A stretch of DNA of 61,911 bases, taken from positions 1 to 61,911 of the forward strand of contig RDEW01000065.1 of the NCBI GenBank assembly GCA_011109175.1, read 5' to 3'. Both the position numbers and the translations under genes were made by a program. Below the pieces are notes generated by a model. The model did not search any database. It saw nothing but the letters and a program-made list of their open reading frames with translations, and was not told the DNA's origin. This document shows positions 39,436-53,261 of the stretch, one piece after another. Source of the DNA: Dicyema japonicum (Eukaryota > Animalia > Dicyemida). The stretch's first letter is position 1. The number at the start of each line of letters is the position of its first letter.

Positions 39436-40176
39436 AAAATTTTTTACATCTACAATAAATTTATAAAATTAAATTTGATATTTGTTAAAATGGATCTTTG
39501 ATTTAACCTTAAATTTACACAGCAATGCTAAATTTTCTACATGTGATATTAAACGTTAAGTTTTAGACTGGAAATTGATTTGGGACATACAAATAAGTAT
39601 GAGATATCAGTGATCTCAAGACTAGATAATGATCATTATTTCACCATTTTTACATTCCTCATATTTTGAACTAACTTTCGATTCTGATTGTGATCGGACT
39701 TGTCTTTCTGATTATCTATTAAACTCTTCATTTGAGCTCGGCCTTTTCAAAAACGGAATATGATATTGCTAGCTATTTTATATAGCCTGCGATATGATAT
39801 TGTTAACTCTCATTAATAATATTAATTATTTCTAATCACTGAGAAAAAAGATAACAAATAATTATAGATATTCGTTTCTATTGGTTGCCAAACCCACCAC
39901 TTTTATTTAACAAATACAGCGGGAAATGGCAAATGATTCAAAGTTGTACCCATCTATTACAGCTTGATTGCAAGGCAATTTTTTGTCAGCGATGACTGAG
40001 ATGGAACAAAGAGAAAGAAGAGTAGTAATTTTCGGTAATGAAGTCATTGGGGATCGAGAAAACAGAGTATTGTTATTAGAAATACTTAATAGTGAGAATG
40101 TGAGAGTATTAAATTCTCTACAAAATGATTCTTTTTATTACTAAAATCCAGACGACGTTGTTAGAGAATATGTTAG

Positions 40177-40953
40177 TTATAAAGTACATAGTACAGTTAT
40201 TATTGAGGCTAACTAAACATTAAAAACACAGCAAACTGTTATACTCAAAGTCAAGACTGTTCCGGCGACTAAATATCCACTAATCAAATTTAAATAATTT
40301 TGAAGTATTGAAAAACATGGCTACATTTAGTAAATTCTACAACCGTCAAATACGCCCCAGCATTTGTGCATGGAAATACTGGACAACAACTAGCCGGTAA
40401 TTTCCAATGGTCATAATCAGAGGGACCCCATAGACCACAGCATTTGAAATGTGTTTGATAAAAATCGATGTCATATTTATAGACTTCTGGATTCGTGATG
40501 AATTTTTTACCCTCATCTTCAATAAAGGTTGTCAACTAAAGTATATTGGTGAATAAAGTTATATTTATAGGGACTATACAAACCGAAATCATGTTCGACA
40601 AGAAGAATATCATAGTCGTTAGCGCAAATATAAATATAAGAAAATGCGAAATTGAAAACTATTGATGGTAATCATAAATTTACAAGTAATTTGAACCATC
40701 TCAATTCTTTTCTTGAAAAAAACACGATTCCTAAGATTAGTCCAACTGTGGCGATTAAAGCGGCAATCAAAATAATGGCTCCAGAAATCTTTAAATAATT
40801 TCTATCCAAATTTCTTTGTATCAGTATAGAGTTTAAAAGTGTTCCACCACAAAAAAATCCAAACACGGTAAAGAACTGCCTTATGAAATTAACGAAAACC
40901 CCCAACAAAAGAAGATTTATGACTATAATGACTTTAATAGTGCATGATTTCAT
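40177..40953 (-). CDS. TSPAN: Tetraspanin, 210 aa, 6 exons
   Basis: Exons 40953-40900, 40875-40684, 40658-40584, 40535-40344, 40320-40237 and 40212-40177. GT-AG introns of 24, 25, 48, 23 and 24 nt, all phase 0. Intron 1 is in frame and stop-free, so it is the least certain. The product has four hydrophobic segments and a large loop with CCG, PASCC and two further Cys. Confidence 0.92.
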
Positions 40954-41254
40954 TGGGCTGGTGCGCCGTTTTTTTTTATTTTATATCGATTCATTATCAC
41001 GTAGAAAGAAAAGAAAAATAAAACATAAAATTAATGGATTGACGAGTGGTTTTAATTGCTTAATTAAGTAGATTAGTGGATTGGATGTCATATCGCTAAC
41101 AATAAACGGTTTTGCAATTTCCATATTTCCTTATACTCGGTGAGTGCAATATTGGGGTGTTAAAATAAATAAAAAAAGTAAATAAATTTACGTAACAAAA
41201 CAATCTAAAATAATTAGTTAATAGGATTGATGTTTGTATTACACTCCAACAAGT

Positions 41255-41370
41255 CAATGAATAGATTTTTTTGTTTTGGGACGCTTGAATTTTTGACTCG
41301 TCTAGGAAATCGGATCGCTACACGATCAGGATACCTTCGTGAGCGCTGCTGGTTATTTGAGTGAATCTGT
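41255..41370 (+). mobile_element. Tiny CRE-type REL-domain fragment
   Basis: GTLEFLTRLGNRIATRSGYLRERCWLFE parallels the end of the 11336-11805 element (TVSFLRALG...ETEWLFQ). Confidence 0.55.
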
Positions 41371-42399
41371 AACTTTTTGTTTAATAATTTTCCGAACATT
41401 GATCGTATTTAAGAAACGACGCTTACATCGAAATTCACGACTCCACACTTGAATAATCAAATACCTTATTTGACATCCTCTTTTGTCTCCGAGTATGGTT
41501 TTTGCCACTCAATTGGACGTTCTTTTTGATTTCGCCAGTAATCATAAACCAATTATTAAAACTATAAGCCAACAGAGCTGAGAAGAAAGAAAAAAAATTG
41601 AAATTCGTATAAAAATGAAGCCGGAAATGTTATCAACGACTTATCTGAACAAACTTGCCATTCTAAGCTGTTGTTGAGTCATCCATAAATTGTTTAATTG
41701 GTCCGATAAAAAATATTCAACTCGGTATTATTTCGAATAATTCTTCTTCAGGTTGTTTATTTTTTTCGAAAACTGATGATTAAGTCTATATGTTTTAGAA
41801 AATGAAGAATTGAATTTGGTTTTTATACTGCGGTTATCCTAAAGCCAAATGCCATAAGATAAATGCTTGAATAATCAACCACAAATGTGATTAAATTCCA
41901 TCTATGCTTAATTCTATTTTGTCATTACAGACTAGAGAAAACTATCCCATTTGCAATTTAGAAGATCAGTCAGCTAAATCGGTAGTAAATAATATAAACA
42001 TTTAGCAGAAGCTACCAGGCTGTGCGTGCAGCAAACTCCTACTCTGTTAGTTGGTTACAAATACCTGATTATTGCAATTCATAAATACAATTATCGTATT
42101 TTCCTTAATGAAATCAGACTAAGTCAAAATAATCATAATAATTTAAAATTCTGAATGTGTCAAGTTTTCGAGAATTCACAATCTCATAAAACGGCGTACT
42201 ACTTTCAATAAGTAAAGGTACCAATCATCATTTGCAGAATCCTTCCTTTCTTCAAAACAGGCTAATTCGTTTGAAACCGATCTCAACGGCTCTGTTTACC
42301 GACCGAATTTGAGTAAAATCATGGTAAAGAACTGGCAAATCATTATAGCCTACTCTAAGAGAAAGTCTCAAACGATTATGATTTTAATAAAGAGTTTCA

Positions 42400-43200
42400 A
42401 AAGTGACCTAGTGTTAATTTCATTGTGGTCACTCATTATTTATTCATTTGGAGAATCTGAATATATTACGAGGAATCCCAAACTAAGGGTTTCAACCAGC
42501 ACTAAAGTTCTCAATAAACATGAGACTTTATGGAGTTCAAATTGGACTAAGGCAAGTCGAACTTAACACAATTGCCGTTGGAATGGCTGTCTGTATCAAT
42601 CTGCAGCTGACGTACGAAACACGTGACTAAACAACTATGATTTCACTCGAAGCTGCAAGCATATATGTTACGGAAGATCTCAATAGAGATGAACTCTTCC
42701 AGATTAGCGGATTCCATTATATTGGCCTTTAATCTTTTCTGTCGACGAAAGTACATGAATCGAATATTTCAGTGTGATTACTCTGAAAGCGGTTACTGTG
42801 ATCGTCGTGGACGACTTTGAGATTAATATTTGCAACCAGGCACTTACCAAAGTGGAGATTTCATCGAAACCCATACACGAATGATAAGTTAGGCGGCTAA
42901 CGATGGCTAATATTGGAAGGAATACTAAAATTGACTAAGATGGGCTTCTCATACTTTAAGACATGGCTGTAATCTCAAGAAATGATCAATTTGAAGTTAT
43001 TCTAATTACCACTGGATAGGCCCTCTCCTCTCAATGATTCCTCAATTCGGTAATCTACCTATTTTAGTTTCCGACACTGGATACGACGTCGAATCTCCTT
43101 CCTTCCGATACCACTTGGCGGGATCCAAGATAGTCCAACAGGCGTTGGCGTCCCACAAATGATGCCACTACCGTACATTATCTTGGAGAGTGTCACTCGA
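42400..43200 (+). mobile_element. Very decayed APE-like LINE remnant
   Basis: Weak motifs only (GMAVCINLQLTY, TVIVVDDF, TTWRDP). Many stops. Confidence 0.3.
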
Positions 43201-43376
43201 ATAAGAAAGATACTTTTTTGGAGACATAACTGTTATGAAAAGGCCAAACTATTCTTTAAATGAACTTGTTTTATTATGATGAGTCCGGTTATAGACTCGT
43301 ATATAAAACTTTAGGATCTTTACAGTTTTTTTTACGCAATTTATGTCCTAGCCATAGTTGATACAAAGTTATATTA

Positions 43377-44600
43377 TGTTACGGATCGTACGTGCCTCGG
43401 TCCAAACATGGTCGAGGATAAAATAGTTACAAAATTTTCTATAGTAGAATCACTTAAATATACCCAATAAGTTTACCTCTGATATTAAAAATTCTGTAGA
43501 ACAATAAAATTAAGAAATCCAAATTAAAAAATTAATCACCAAATGTCATAAATCAATGGCAGTCCTCATGCTAAAAAAAATAAAAAAAATAAAATAGATA
43601 AAATCTAATCACTACTAAAATAACAAGAGCATAGCTTTAAAAAAATATAATTTTAAGCCTTGTTCTTTTATCCATATAATTTAAACTAACTTTAAGCAAT
43701 AACTCAATAACCCTTAAATCCAAACCAAAACAGCTCAACTAAAAACCTAAACATTACCGAAATAAAAACCCTAACACTGAAAACTCTCAAAAGTGTAAAT
43801 TATTAATCAGATTTATTAATTAAATCATTTAGCGTTTTCGATCACTTTAACTCGTGAACTGAGAATTTTTTCATCATCATTGTTTTTGAAAAAACAATTG
43901 TCTTCCTCAATTTTGGTACTTATTGGAATGTACAGTAAAGCTAATCGTACATACCATTGTAGTATTAGCTTGATTTTCGCCATGATCTTCTTTTTTGGAT
44001 TTGTCACCAATTTTTAAAGTTTCTTCACCTTCTTTTTCAATTATCTTTTGAGCTGTTACTTGTGTATATATTCATGCCTCTTTCTTTCCTTATCCATTTC
44101 ATAATACAGAAAATTCGACAAATTTTTCGGAATTGCTTTCTTGGAAACTTACATCCAATAAATATGAAGAATGGCATTTGTTTCGTTGTCTCGTGTATCC
44201 AATTGTTGTAATCAAAAACAATTTATATTAAATGTATAACATAACTCCAAAACTTTCCACTGGAAGCGGATGTGGAGGAATTCCATTTTTTAATTGATTG
44301 GTTTAATATAAATTTATATTTTCTCTTTTTTACGTCTCTACTTAACCTTGTATCCATAGAGCACTCGATTTACCATAGACATATTTGACCGAAGTTCTTA
44401 TTCCGTCGGCATATGTCAGGCATCGATTTATTTTAAAATTCGTTTATGTTATCCGTGTGTAATAATAACAGGGGGATACATGTATAAATTTTTTTCAAAA
44501 GTTTCAGCTAGTTCCCTTGAATTTTTGGATTATAGAGTTTCGACCATACCAAATTTGCTGAAACAATCAACAACTGTCAAAAGCTACAGAATATTAATGA
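43377..44600 (-). mobile_element. Second Ginger-like element relic: rve integrase pseudogene with a candidate TGTTAC terminus
   Basis: Minus strand 44590-44100 gives LLTVVDCFSKFG, SKNSRELA, H(T)DN..EF, WIQG.VE and YNNWIHETTKQMPF, the DDE core of Ginger2/KRBA2-type integrases (frameshifted). TATTA|TGTTAC at 43372-43382. The partner end was not found. Confidence 0.75.
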
Positions 44601-45389
44601 AAAAAAATACCCATGAATAACCCAATTTTTTGTCAGAATAACGTCGCAAATCGATCAGATCGGTTATATATCTGAGGCGTGGGTATTTGCCACAGTTGGT
44701 GTCATCGGAGGTTTTGTTTCCAAAATCCTCTTAGACACACAAAATGGACACCGCTTTACAATATCTCCAACATCGTTCTTTGTCATATTGTAGTGCAGCT
44801 TTTTCAAAATACTAAAAAGTCTGTTTCTGCCCATGTAAGAATTGTTGTGTTCAGACTAAAAACTTAAAGATTGAACATACCTTAATTGTTAATCGTTTTA
44901 GCTCTAGTTCGTCGTTTGCAATTTATAATTTGTTTCCTACAAATGAGCAATTATAAATATACGTAGATATATGGCACATCGTTTTCAAACGTAAAACTAC
45001 TAACAAGTCTTTTATAGCTCTTCTTATCGGATAATGTCAAATCTGAAGTCAATTTCTTTAAATTCCTTAATTATTTTCCGATCGTGAAGAAACAATTGAA
45101 CAACAAAAACCATCAGTAGCGTGCTAATAAAGCGTGCTAATTAATTTTTAAATAATTTAAATTAATTATTTTTATGAAACAATTAATATATTAAAAACTA
45201 ACTACTTTGATACAAAATCACGTGTTGTTACAACGTGTTGTTACAACGTGTTGTTGTAGTGTTTATACATTCTCTGAAACTTATTCCAATATTAGAGCTG
45301 TTACTGGGAAAAGACCTGGCAGCTTACCCTGTATTTAAATGCCAAGAAAATCTTTCCTACGATCAATTGAAAGCAACGTTACTGCAAAA

Positions 45390-47140
45390 CATCAAATCTC
45401 GAGTCTTCGTCACACAGAATCTCACAAATTCGCAACATGGAACGTAAGATGTTTAAACGATGAGAAACTAGAAGTCGTAAAATGAGAAATGAGAAGGCTT
45501 GATATTGACTTGCTTGGAGTAACCGAATTTCATTGGAATGGCAGTGGTTTTTTCGTTATGATGAATTCGTCGAATATTATTCTGGTAACATTAATGCGAA
45601 AAGAAACGGAGTGGCCTTCATTGCTTCAAAGAAAATTGCACCTGCTATTGAAAGTTATAGAATATTTATTGATGGATAATACTAATCCACGTCCGTGGAC
45701 GATGTTGAATATTACGGTCATGCTAGTGTATGCCCCAACATCTATTGCCAAGGATTACAAAATTGACCAATTTTATTATGAATTTTAAAAGGCATTAATA
45801 CCCAAAAAGGAGATAATCTACATAATGGGGGATTTCAATTCAAAAGTTGGGTGTATGCCACATACGGATATTGTGTGAAGTTTTGGTTTGGGGAATAGAA
45901 ATGATGCTGGGGATCGACTGGTCCAATTCTGTCAGGAAAATGGATTTCAGATAACTAACACATGGTTTAACAGCACGAACGACGATTATACACTTGGACG
46001 TCGCCAAAAAATGTCTAGGAACTAGATTGATTGTATTTTATGCGCCAAACATTGGAAAAGCTCTATAACAGCCTTCAAAAAATATCCAGGAGCAGACTGT
46101 GGAACAGACCATCATCTACTTGTTGCAAAAATTACCGGCCAAGTGCTCTGAGTGGCTTTCTGCCAACACCCTAAAAATTGCTTATGCTCGTAAAGCTGCT
46201 ATAGTCTCGGGATAAAAGAAAATCAACATCGTCTAATGCCAAATGCCGAAATGATTAGACTGGATGTCTAAGCAGGATTCAGGAATAGACGAGGTACCTG
46301 TGACAATATAGCAAATGTCCGGTGGATTATGGAGAAAGCCCATGAATCCCAAAAGAGTGTATACATGTGCTTCATTGACTATCGGAAAGCATTTGATTCC
46401 GATATACATGACAAGCTGTGGTCCGTTTTAAAGGATTTTGATTCGATGCCCATCTGGTATTACTTATCAAATCTCTTTATAAGGATCAAGAAGCTACTGT
46501 TAGAACAGTGTATGGAGATACCGATTGGTCAAAATTGTAAAAGAGTAAGACAAGGATGCTTATTATCTCTATTCAATATTTATGCCGAAATGATCATGAT
46601 AAATTGGATACTGTATCAAATAACAGGATTAAAATTGGAGGCAGGAACATCGAAAATTTGCGTTATGCTGACGATACTAACATACTTACAGGCTGAAACA
46701 GAGGATGGCCTCAGGGAGTTGATTATAAGATTCCGAGAAGAGAGCGTTGTCATTGGTTTATTCCTAATTATCAAGAAGACCAAAATTATGACTACTGCTA
46801 ATAATGGAACTAAAAATTGGGAATGAGAAAACAGAGAGTTGCGATAATGTTGTCTTTCTGGGATGTCTAATTAATCGGAATAGTGACGGAAACTTGGAAA
46901 TCAAGAGGCAAATTGCCATGGGACGAGACACCTTTCAAGAATGAATAGAATTTGGAATTGAAAGATATTTGCTCAAGGACCAAATGCAGACAGGTTAATG
47001 CAATCGTGTAAAGTTAGTTACAGACGTCCATACTTCCAGTTGTGGAAACTCCTGAAGTTCAGTGTGGTAGAGCAAATGATCCCTTTTTTGTGCCATCCCA
47101 CACTGGGCGCCACCTAAACTGTTGGATCACATGATGTCAT
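45390..47140 (+). mobile_element. Decayed RTE-clade (BovB-like) LINE, paralog of 6200-8760
   Basis: Same APE and RT motifs. Lacks the foreign APE insert. Confidence 0.9.
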
Positions 47141-47919
47141 TCTAATTAGAAAAGATAGTAGGAACAGACAAACAAGAAAAAAACTTCAAAAATATTTTTG
47201 TGTTATTATTTAGGGATAATTCTAACACAAAATATTGTAATAATTGTTATTAATCAAACAGAAAAAACATTAGTAGTAATTTCTCATTTAAGTACGTAAA
47301 TTGTGGTAATACAGAAACGATTCTCATAACTTTCCCATTATTTAACTAATCTACACATATGAGATTTAATTCACCAGTTAGGGGAGACCAGGAGATATAT
47401 TAGACATTTCTACGAAAATAGAGTATCAGGGACGTGTATTAGTTGGGAAATAATAGGATGGCTTTCTGATGTGAAAAATTTAGAAGGAATTCGTCAACAT
47501 TATTTTATCCGTCTATGTATGTCTTATAAATATACCCCTAATTATTTTGGAGTCGGTATTCTGATTTCTTTATATAATTAATGCACTCAAACAAAAATTA
47601 AAAGAAATTGTTTTGTGGTTGTTTAAATGCCACGTAACTCACTAAACAGGAGACAGACAAAAGTCAGTTAAGTTTCCTTGTGCTCACCAACCACCTTTAT
47701 TGTCTTCTTAGGTCTTCTCTTTGTAGAAAGTTTTTTTTATTCATCGAAATCCTGGGCCTTTTTAGTTTTCTGTGATAACTACTTGACATATCAATGAACA
47801 CGGAAAATAAGTTACATAATTGTATAACATGCATTAACAATCTTCAGTTATCAAACAAAAACTTTGTTAAATTGCAAAATTACTCACCTCAGAAAAGAAC
47901 CTTCGAATTTTTAATAGAA

Positions 47920-50700
47920 AGATTCTAAGATAAATGCTTAGAAAGGATATTCTGCGTGAATTTAACGAAGCAATCAAGCAATGTATTGATTTTTTTTCTA
48001 GCTCGGATTTCAACGATATCGCTGATATCTTATATGCTGGGCAGTACTCTTATAATGCTCTTACCAAGAAGCAAAACACTAAAAATAATAATTTCTTTAT
48101 TAGTAAGAGATTTTTTCCGATCCATTAGCGAAAGAGTTACTGGATCAGAGAACTTTCTTGCTGATTTTAGTGAGGAAAAATCACAAGTAAACACCAATCA
48201 TCATAATCCATCCAAATCTATGTTTTGTTGGAATTATTCTCACATGGTCAAAAAATACATGAATCAACATTTGTTTTTCGCCAGGTTTGTATGTCTCTGA
48301 GACAACAATCTGATAACCAAATGTTCTAAAACAACTTTGGAGACACTCTACCCAAATGCAGAGTAATGAGCTTTCAATAACTATCAGAGTGACAACCTGC
48401 TGTATTCTTCTGCTAAGGTCACTATAAATTTTCAAATTAATCTTCCATTCTTTAGAGAGACAGTTGTCACACAGACGATCGTTAAAGAGTCCAAATAAAG
48501 TCTCGCCTGAAACAATAGATGACAATAATAAGTCATAAAATATCTTTCATAGTCAGTCCATGGTATATCATTTCATATAAACTTTTGAATATTTCCAGCA
48601 TTCCCTACAATAACAGAATAGTTAAACTTCAATATTTTGTTCTGAAGTGTTCAGAGATAACGCTTCATCGAGGCATTCATACCAAACCTCTTCCCAAGTC
48701 AATCCAATCCAATCAGCTCATCAGTCATCTTTGTTGTTACTATAATTAACAATATAATGTCAGACTTTAGTTTTGGATTTGATAGGGGACTGAACGAATC
48801 ACTTTCATTGCCATTTCAACTTTGACATCAACGGCTAAATTGAGAGACATTATATGGCGGTAAAATACAACTTGAGAATGAGCCAGATCAATCAGAATTA
48901 GAAGATCGCTTATTGTATTTGCAATCGTAACAACATAACTGTCAATCATCGAAATGAGTTGAGGGAAACGAGTAACCAATTATCAATATGTATCATTTGT
49001 AATTCATGGTTCATATATGTGCGAACAGTGGGGTAAGAGGCATATTTGATCCACATTATAAATCTGTCAACATGTGCATAACACAATACCTGAAAAATGT
49101 TGAAGAGTCATAACACTCATCAAGCATGAGATATATTCTTGTAAAATCCATTTAACGCATTAACACAGAACATCAAAATTTGATCTAATTATAAATAAAG
49201 TAAATAAACATAGAACATGGAGAATTTGTGACATGCATTGCCTCATAGTTATAACGAGCATAATTATGCAATAGGTACAAATTAAAATTATATATACCTC
49301 ATAAATGTCACTAATATAACATTTATTTGAATTAATTTTATTCATAAAAATCATCAAGGAGGTTGAGCAGAGGCTTTATAGAAGTACTATTTATTCCGTA
49401 AATTCGTTCATGAAGGATTACAAAGTAATTTATAAGTCTAATTTAAATATTGTGAATAAACCTAACGAAAAATCAACTTTGAATTTGTTAGACTGATTGT
49501 CTTTAAGTTTTTGATAGAAAACCTCACTTTTAATATAAAATAATAGAGAAGAACTAGGCTTTATATAAGAATCATAGAGAATAGTAGGCTTTTTTAGAGT
49601 AGGCTTTATCGATTTGTGATAAAATGTACTTTAGAGTTTTTTTCAAAAAATAAATATTAATAAAAAATATCAACTCAGAGTAAAAACAAATGTTGGATAT
49701 TGTGTTTAAATCATCGCATTGAAGTAACTTTTTCACGTTTTCTTCAGTGAGTGAGAATTTACGGGAGTTTAGACATATTTAAGTAAAATCATTAGTTTAG
49801 TCCAAAAAGTCAGCATCCGTGTCATAAACAAATGACCGCACCAAATTCAGTTAGTGAATCTCCCGTTATGATTTTTGGTTATTCTATAAATCATCAACTA
49901 AACTTATGACAAAGCGATCCTTTCAGAGAGACGTTACAGTAAGTCTGTCTCGCTTATCTGTTACCCGAACTACTTCCCTACGTTCAGTGGACGATTGTGC
50001 CTCGAAAAAACCCTGGTGGTAAAACTAACATAAACTTTTTTTTAAGTGGGATATCATATCAAAGGAATAAGACTTTAGTTTATTAGATAAATGTTCATCA
50101 TGGAGATCAATAATCTAAAATAGTATAATGAAGTACATGAAGTGCAGATTCATAATCATTCTTAGCAATTGATCCCACCGATAAGTAGAACGCTCTCTAG
50201 GGAGTGTTAAAGGGTAATTTTTCATTATAATTATCGAATATTCTCCACTTTCCGAACTCCCATAATGTAAGTGATCCAATGGCTGACAATTTATTATCAC
50301 TTGATATGATATTAAGGTAATATTCAATCTCAGTCTCCAATTGTTCAATACAAATGATAATAATGAAACTAGTAACCAAGATTTAATTGATATCTTAAAT
50401 AACCAACGGTGGATTCTTCACAATTGTCCTTTTTGTTCTCCTCCAAAGCTGACTCCCAATCTACTATCTGTTCATACCATTGTCCAGTAAGTCTCTGTTG
50501 TTACTTCAGATCAGATAAATATAACAATATTCCACTCACTCAGCCGAAGAGCATGTTAATTATATAAACTAATAGTCACCAAAAATTATTTGCACAAAAT
50601 CTCCACACTATCTTCAGTAGAGAACGTCATCTCACTGTAATATAAAGCCTTTGAAAGTCCAGACTATCCTAGTCTACTTTGTACAACAGTGGTAAAAGAT
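47920..50700 (-). pseudogene. Paralog of the orphan region 8845-11290
   Basis: Collinear homologous ORF fragments, with extra sequence at ~49430-49860. Confidence 0.35.
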
Positions 50701-53261
50701 AGAGCATTTTTCTGCCAAATAATATGTAAAATAACTTAAAAATAGCGTTCAAAATATTCAAAAAGATCCAAAATTTATAAGTGAACATCATTGACAAGGG
50801 GACGTTTTAAGAATTTTTCCAACAAGAACATCATTTCATCCCAATAGCAACATGAGTCGGTACAAATGGAAACAAATTCACAGAAAAACAGATCAATGTT
50901 GATTATTAGCAATTTAACTCTGAAATAATGAATTGCAGTGGAACATGTCCATAACATTTATTAATGAAAATAGAATTACATGACAGTTGTACTGATAAAA
51001 CATTTCATCAATTGTTTAGAGATCACTGAGATCAATTTTAGATATAATTTAAGAATGAAAATAATAATCACATCATAGACATCTTTATATAATATTTTTG
51101 ATATTCTGGAAATGCCTCAAACACACTTTGAGGGAAATTGTATTATTAATTAATCAAAAAGTCAGGAAAATCTAAGTACTATAAAATTATAATACTTTTA
51201 ATATTTCCGAGCGAAACATCCTTTATTAGATTCTTGTAAATTCTTGAGTAACAAATGAGAAATACTCTTGTCGAAACCACTGTTTATTTTTATTGCAACA
51301 ATGGGACTATCACTAACATAATCATTAAAAGTGGCGTCAGTTTGGTCATTAATATACATGACTACATTTACTTTGTCGGGATAAATAGACACCACTACTC
51401 CCAAAAGTTTTGTGATTTTAAGTTACAACAAAATAATTTCAACTTCCAGACCACGTAAGTTACAATTATGGAACAATGTAAGAATAGTGTTTAGATATGA
51501 GAAATCATCACTAACTGATTGTTGGACATCCTAAGTTTAAATATCCATAGACAAATTTACCCAATAGTCACCCGAAGATTGCATATAGTTGGACTAATTT
51601 TTACCAAACATCACGTTTCTCTCATTTTTGTTGATAACTTGGTTAAAACCTTTTTCAGGTAAAACCAGGGTTATCAAAAAATCTCCTCGATTTCCTAAAA
51701 AGATGGTTGAACATATACGTGCAGGAAAACGGTCCCAATGCTCTTTACTTAAAAAATTAACTAATTCTGGTTAAGAACTTAGTGAATTCACATAAAAATG
51801 ATGAACATCCAATCATTGTTAAGAACCCTAGGAAGTTCAGACCCTACTTCTTTTGAGAAACTTAGCGAGGAGAACGGGTGCGTAGTTCATCTTACTTAAC
51901 CCTACAGAAAGTGCCTGGGATCATGTGAATAACACCTAGCGAAGATGAAGCTTTTGCTGAGAATAGCTGGGATGACATAATATTCTTATTTTCTATTCAT
52001 TATTTTAATGTTGTTTTTTGGCTTTTTAAATAAAATAAAGTGTCGGATGCGTGAAGTTTCCTGGTCCAAATTCCGCTTAGTCCTAAAATTATCAAAAAAT
52101 TGTAACGGATTATCCATGGAATACGGACGTATGGATGGTAACTAATGTTATAGATGTTGCTAATAGTTTTTCCTAAATATTATAAAAGCCACTATGTACC
52201 TCGGTTACTCACTCTACCTTGAAATCGTACTCATTTATCCCTCCTTCGGCTAGCAACAGTCCATAAAGCATAAATCTTTTTTCTTAGAGGACAATCTCTA
52301 AATTATTTTTCATCAAATTAATTTTCTAAATGTTAGGGACCATTCAACAAAAGTTTGAAAATTATTTTATAAAATTAGGTAAAAACATTTTTGGGGGGAA
52401 TTCTAGGTAAAAAGCAGTCAAAAGTAAAGGTGAAAGAATCAGTTTCCTATTGTTATTTCATTAAATTATTTTTTTCAATCTGGTAGATGATAAAACTAAA
52501 AATGTGATTTCTTAGATGATAGAACTAAATCTGGTATATGATAGAACTAAAATGCGAGTTCTTTATCTATTTTCAAAAATGAGTGGACCAAATAATTCTT
52601 TTTTTCTCACAAAACAGACTCCATCAAGGAACTCCAAATTTGGTACTAGATGAGATTCCAAACCAAGATGTTGAGTTTCCTTTGACCAAATGATAATAAA
52701 ATAAAGTCTTGGACATCTTTTCAAAATAATTATTTGACTATAGTCTTAATTTTTTATTTTCTTTTATTTTTGTTGACTACAACATTCAGAGAGAGGGTGG
52801 TTCTTACGAGGAATTTAGATCGGCATTTAAAAAGTCCACTCCGATTCTTAGAAAACTTTAGCAAATCTGCATGAATAATTCTTTGTAATTACAAAAAATG
52901 GCAGATTATCTTGTAAACAGGCTTAAATGATTCAAGAGTCCCAACTAAAATTCACCAACTTAATATCGTCTCCATAAGCAAAACGGCTGGGTACATTATC
53001 TAATGTTTATCCATTCAGGTTGAATGGATTTGTTTGAATAGCAGAATTATCAGCAAATAGCCTATAAAACCCACGACGGTGTCAAATTTGATTGGGCAGA
53101 AATATCAGCAATTCTCTTTCCAGAATGTGAAATTTGCATCATAAATTGATAAAATTTTTCTTAAATTGTATATAACTTATTAATTACAAAATGTTAACAA
53201 AATCTGAGAAAAAGTATTAATTAATTATAACGAGCTATATAAATATCTGAAGTATACTTCT

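Noticed and set aside
43560-43800. A-rich stretch with AAACCTAA/ACCCTAA words, telomere-like
   Set aside because: No tandem array; just low-complexity sequence.
45205-45260. cgtgttgttacaa tandem (one extra unit versus 6040-6065), semi-palindromic
   Set aside because: Simple slippage duplication. There are no spacers and no partner TIR, so it is not CRISPR-like or a transposon end.
47200-47905. ~700-bp segment present only in copy 2
   Set aside because: No TSD, TIR pair or coding motif could be established. It could equally be a deletion from copy 1.
52101-52115. TGTAACGGAT resembling the candidate Ginger terminus at 43377
   Set aside because: Same orientation, match of only about 9 bp, and no TSD or cargo.
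52800-53160. Kinase-like words (IIHADL, DIKLVNFSW) on the minus strand
   Set aside because: They are in different frames and in the wrong order, with no other subdomains.
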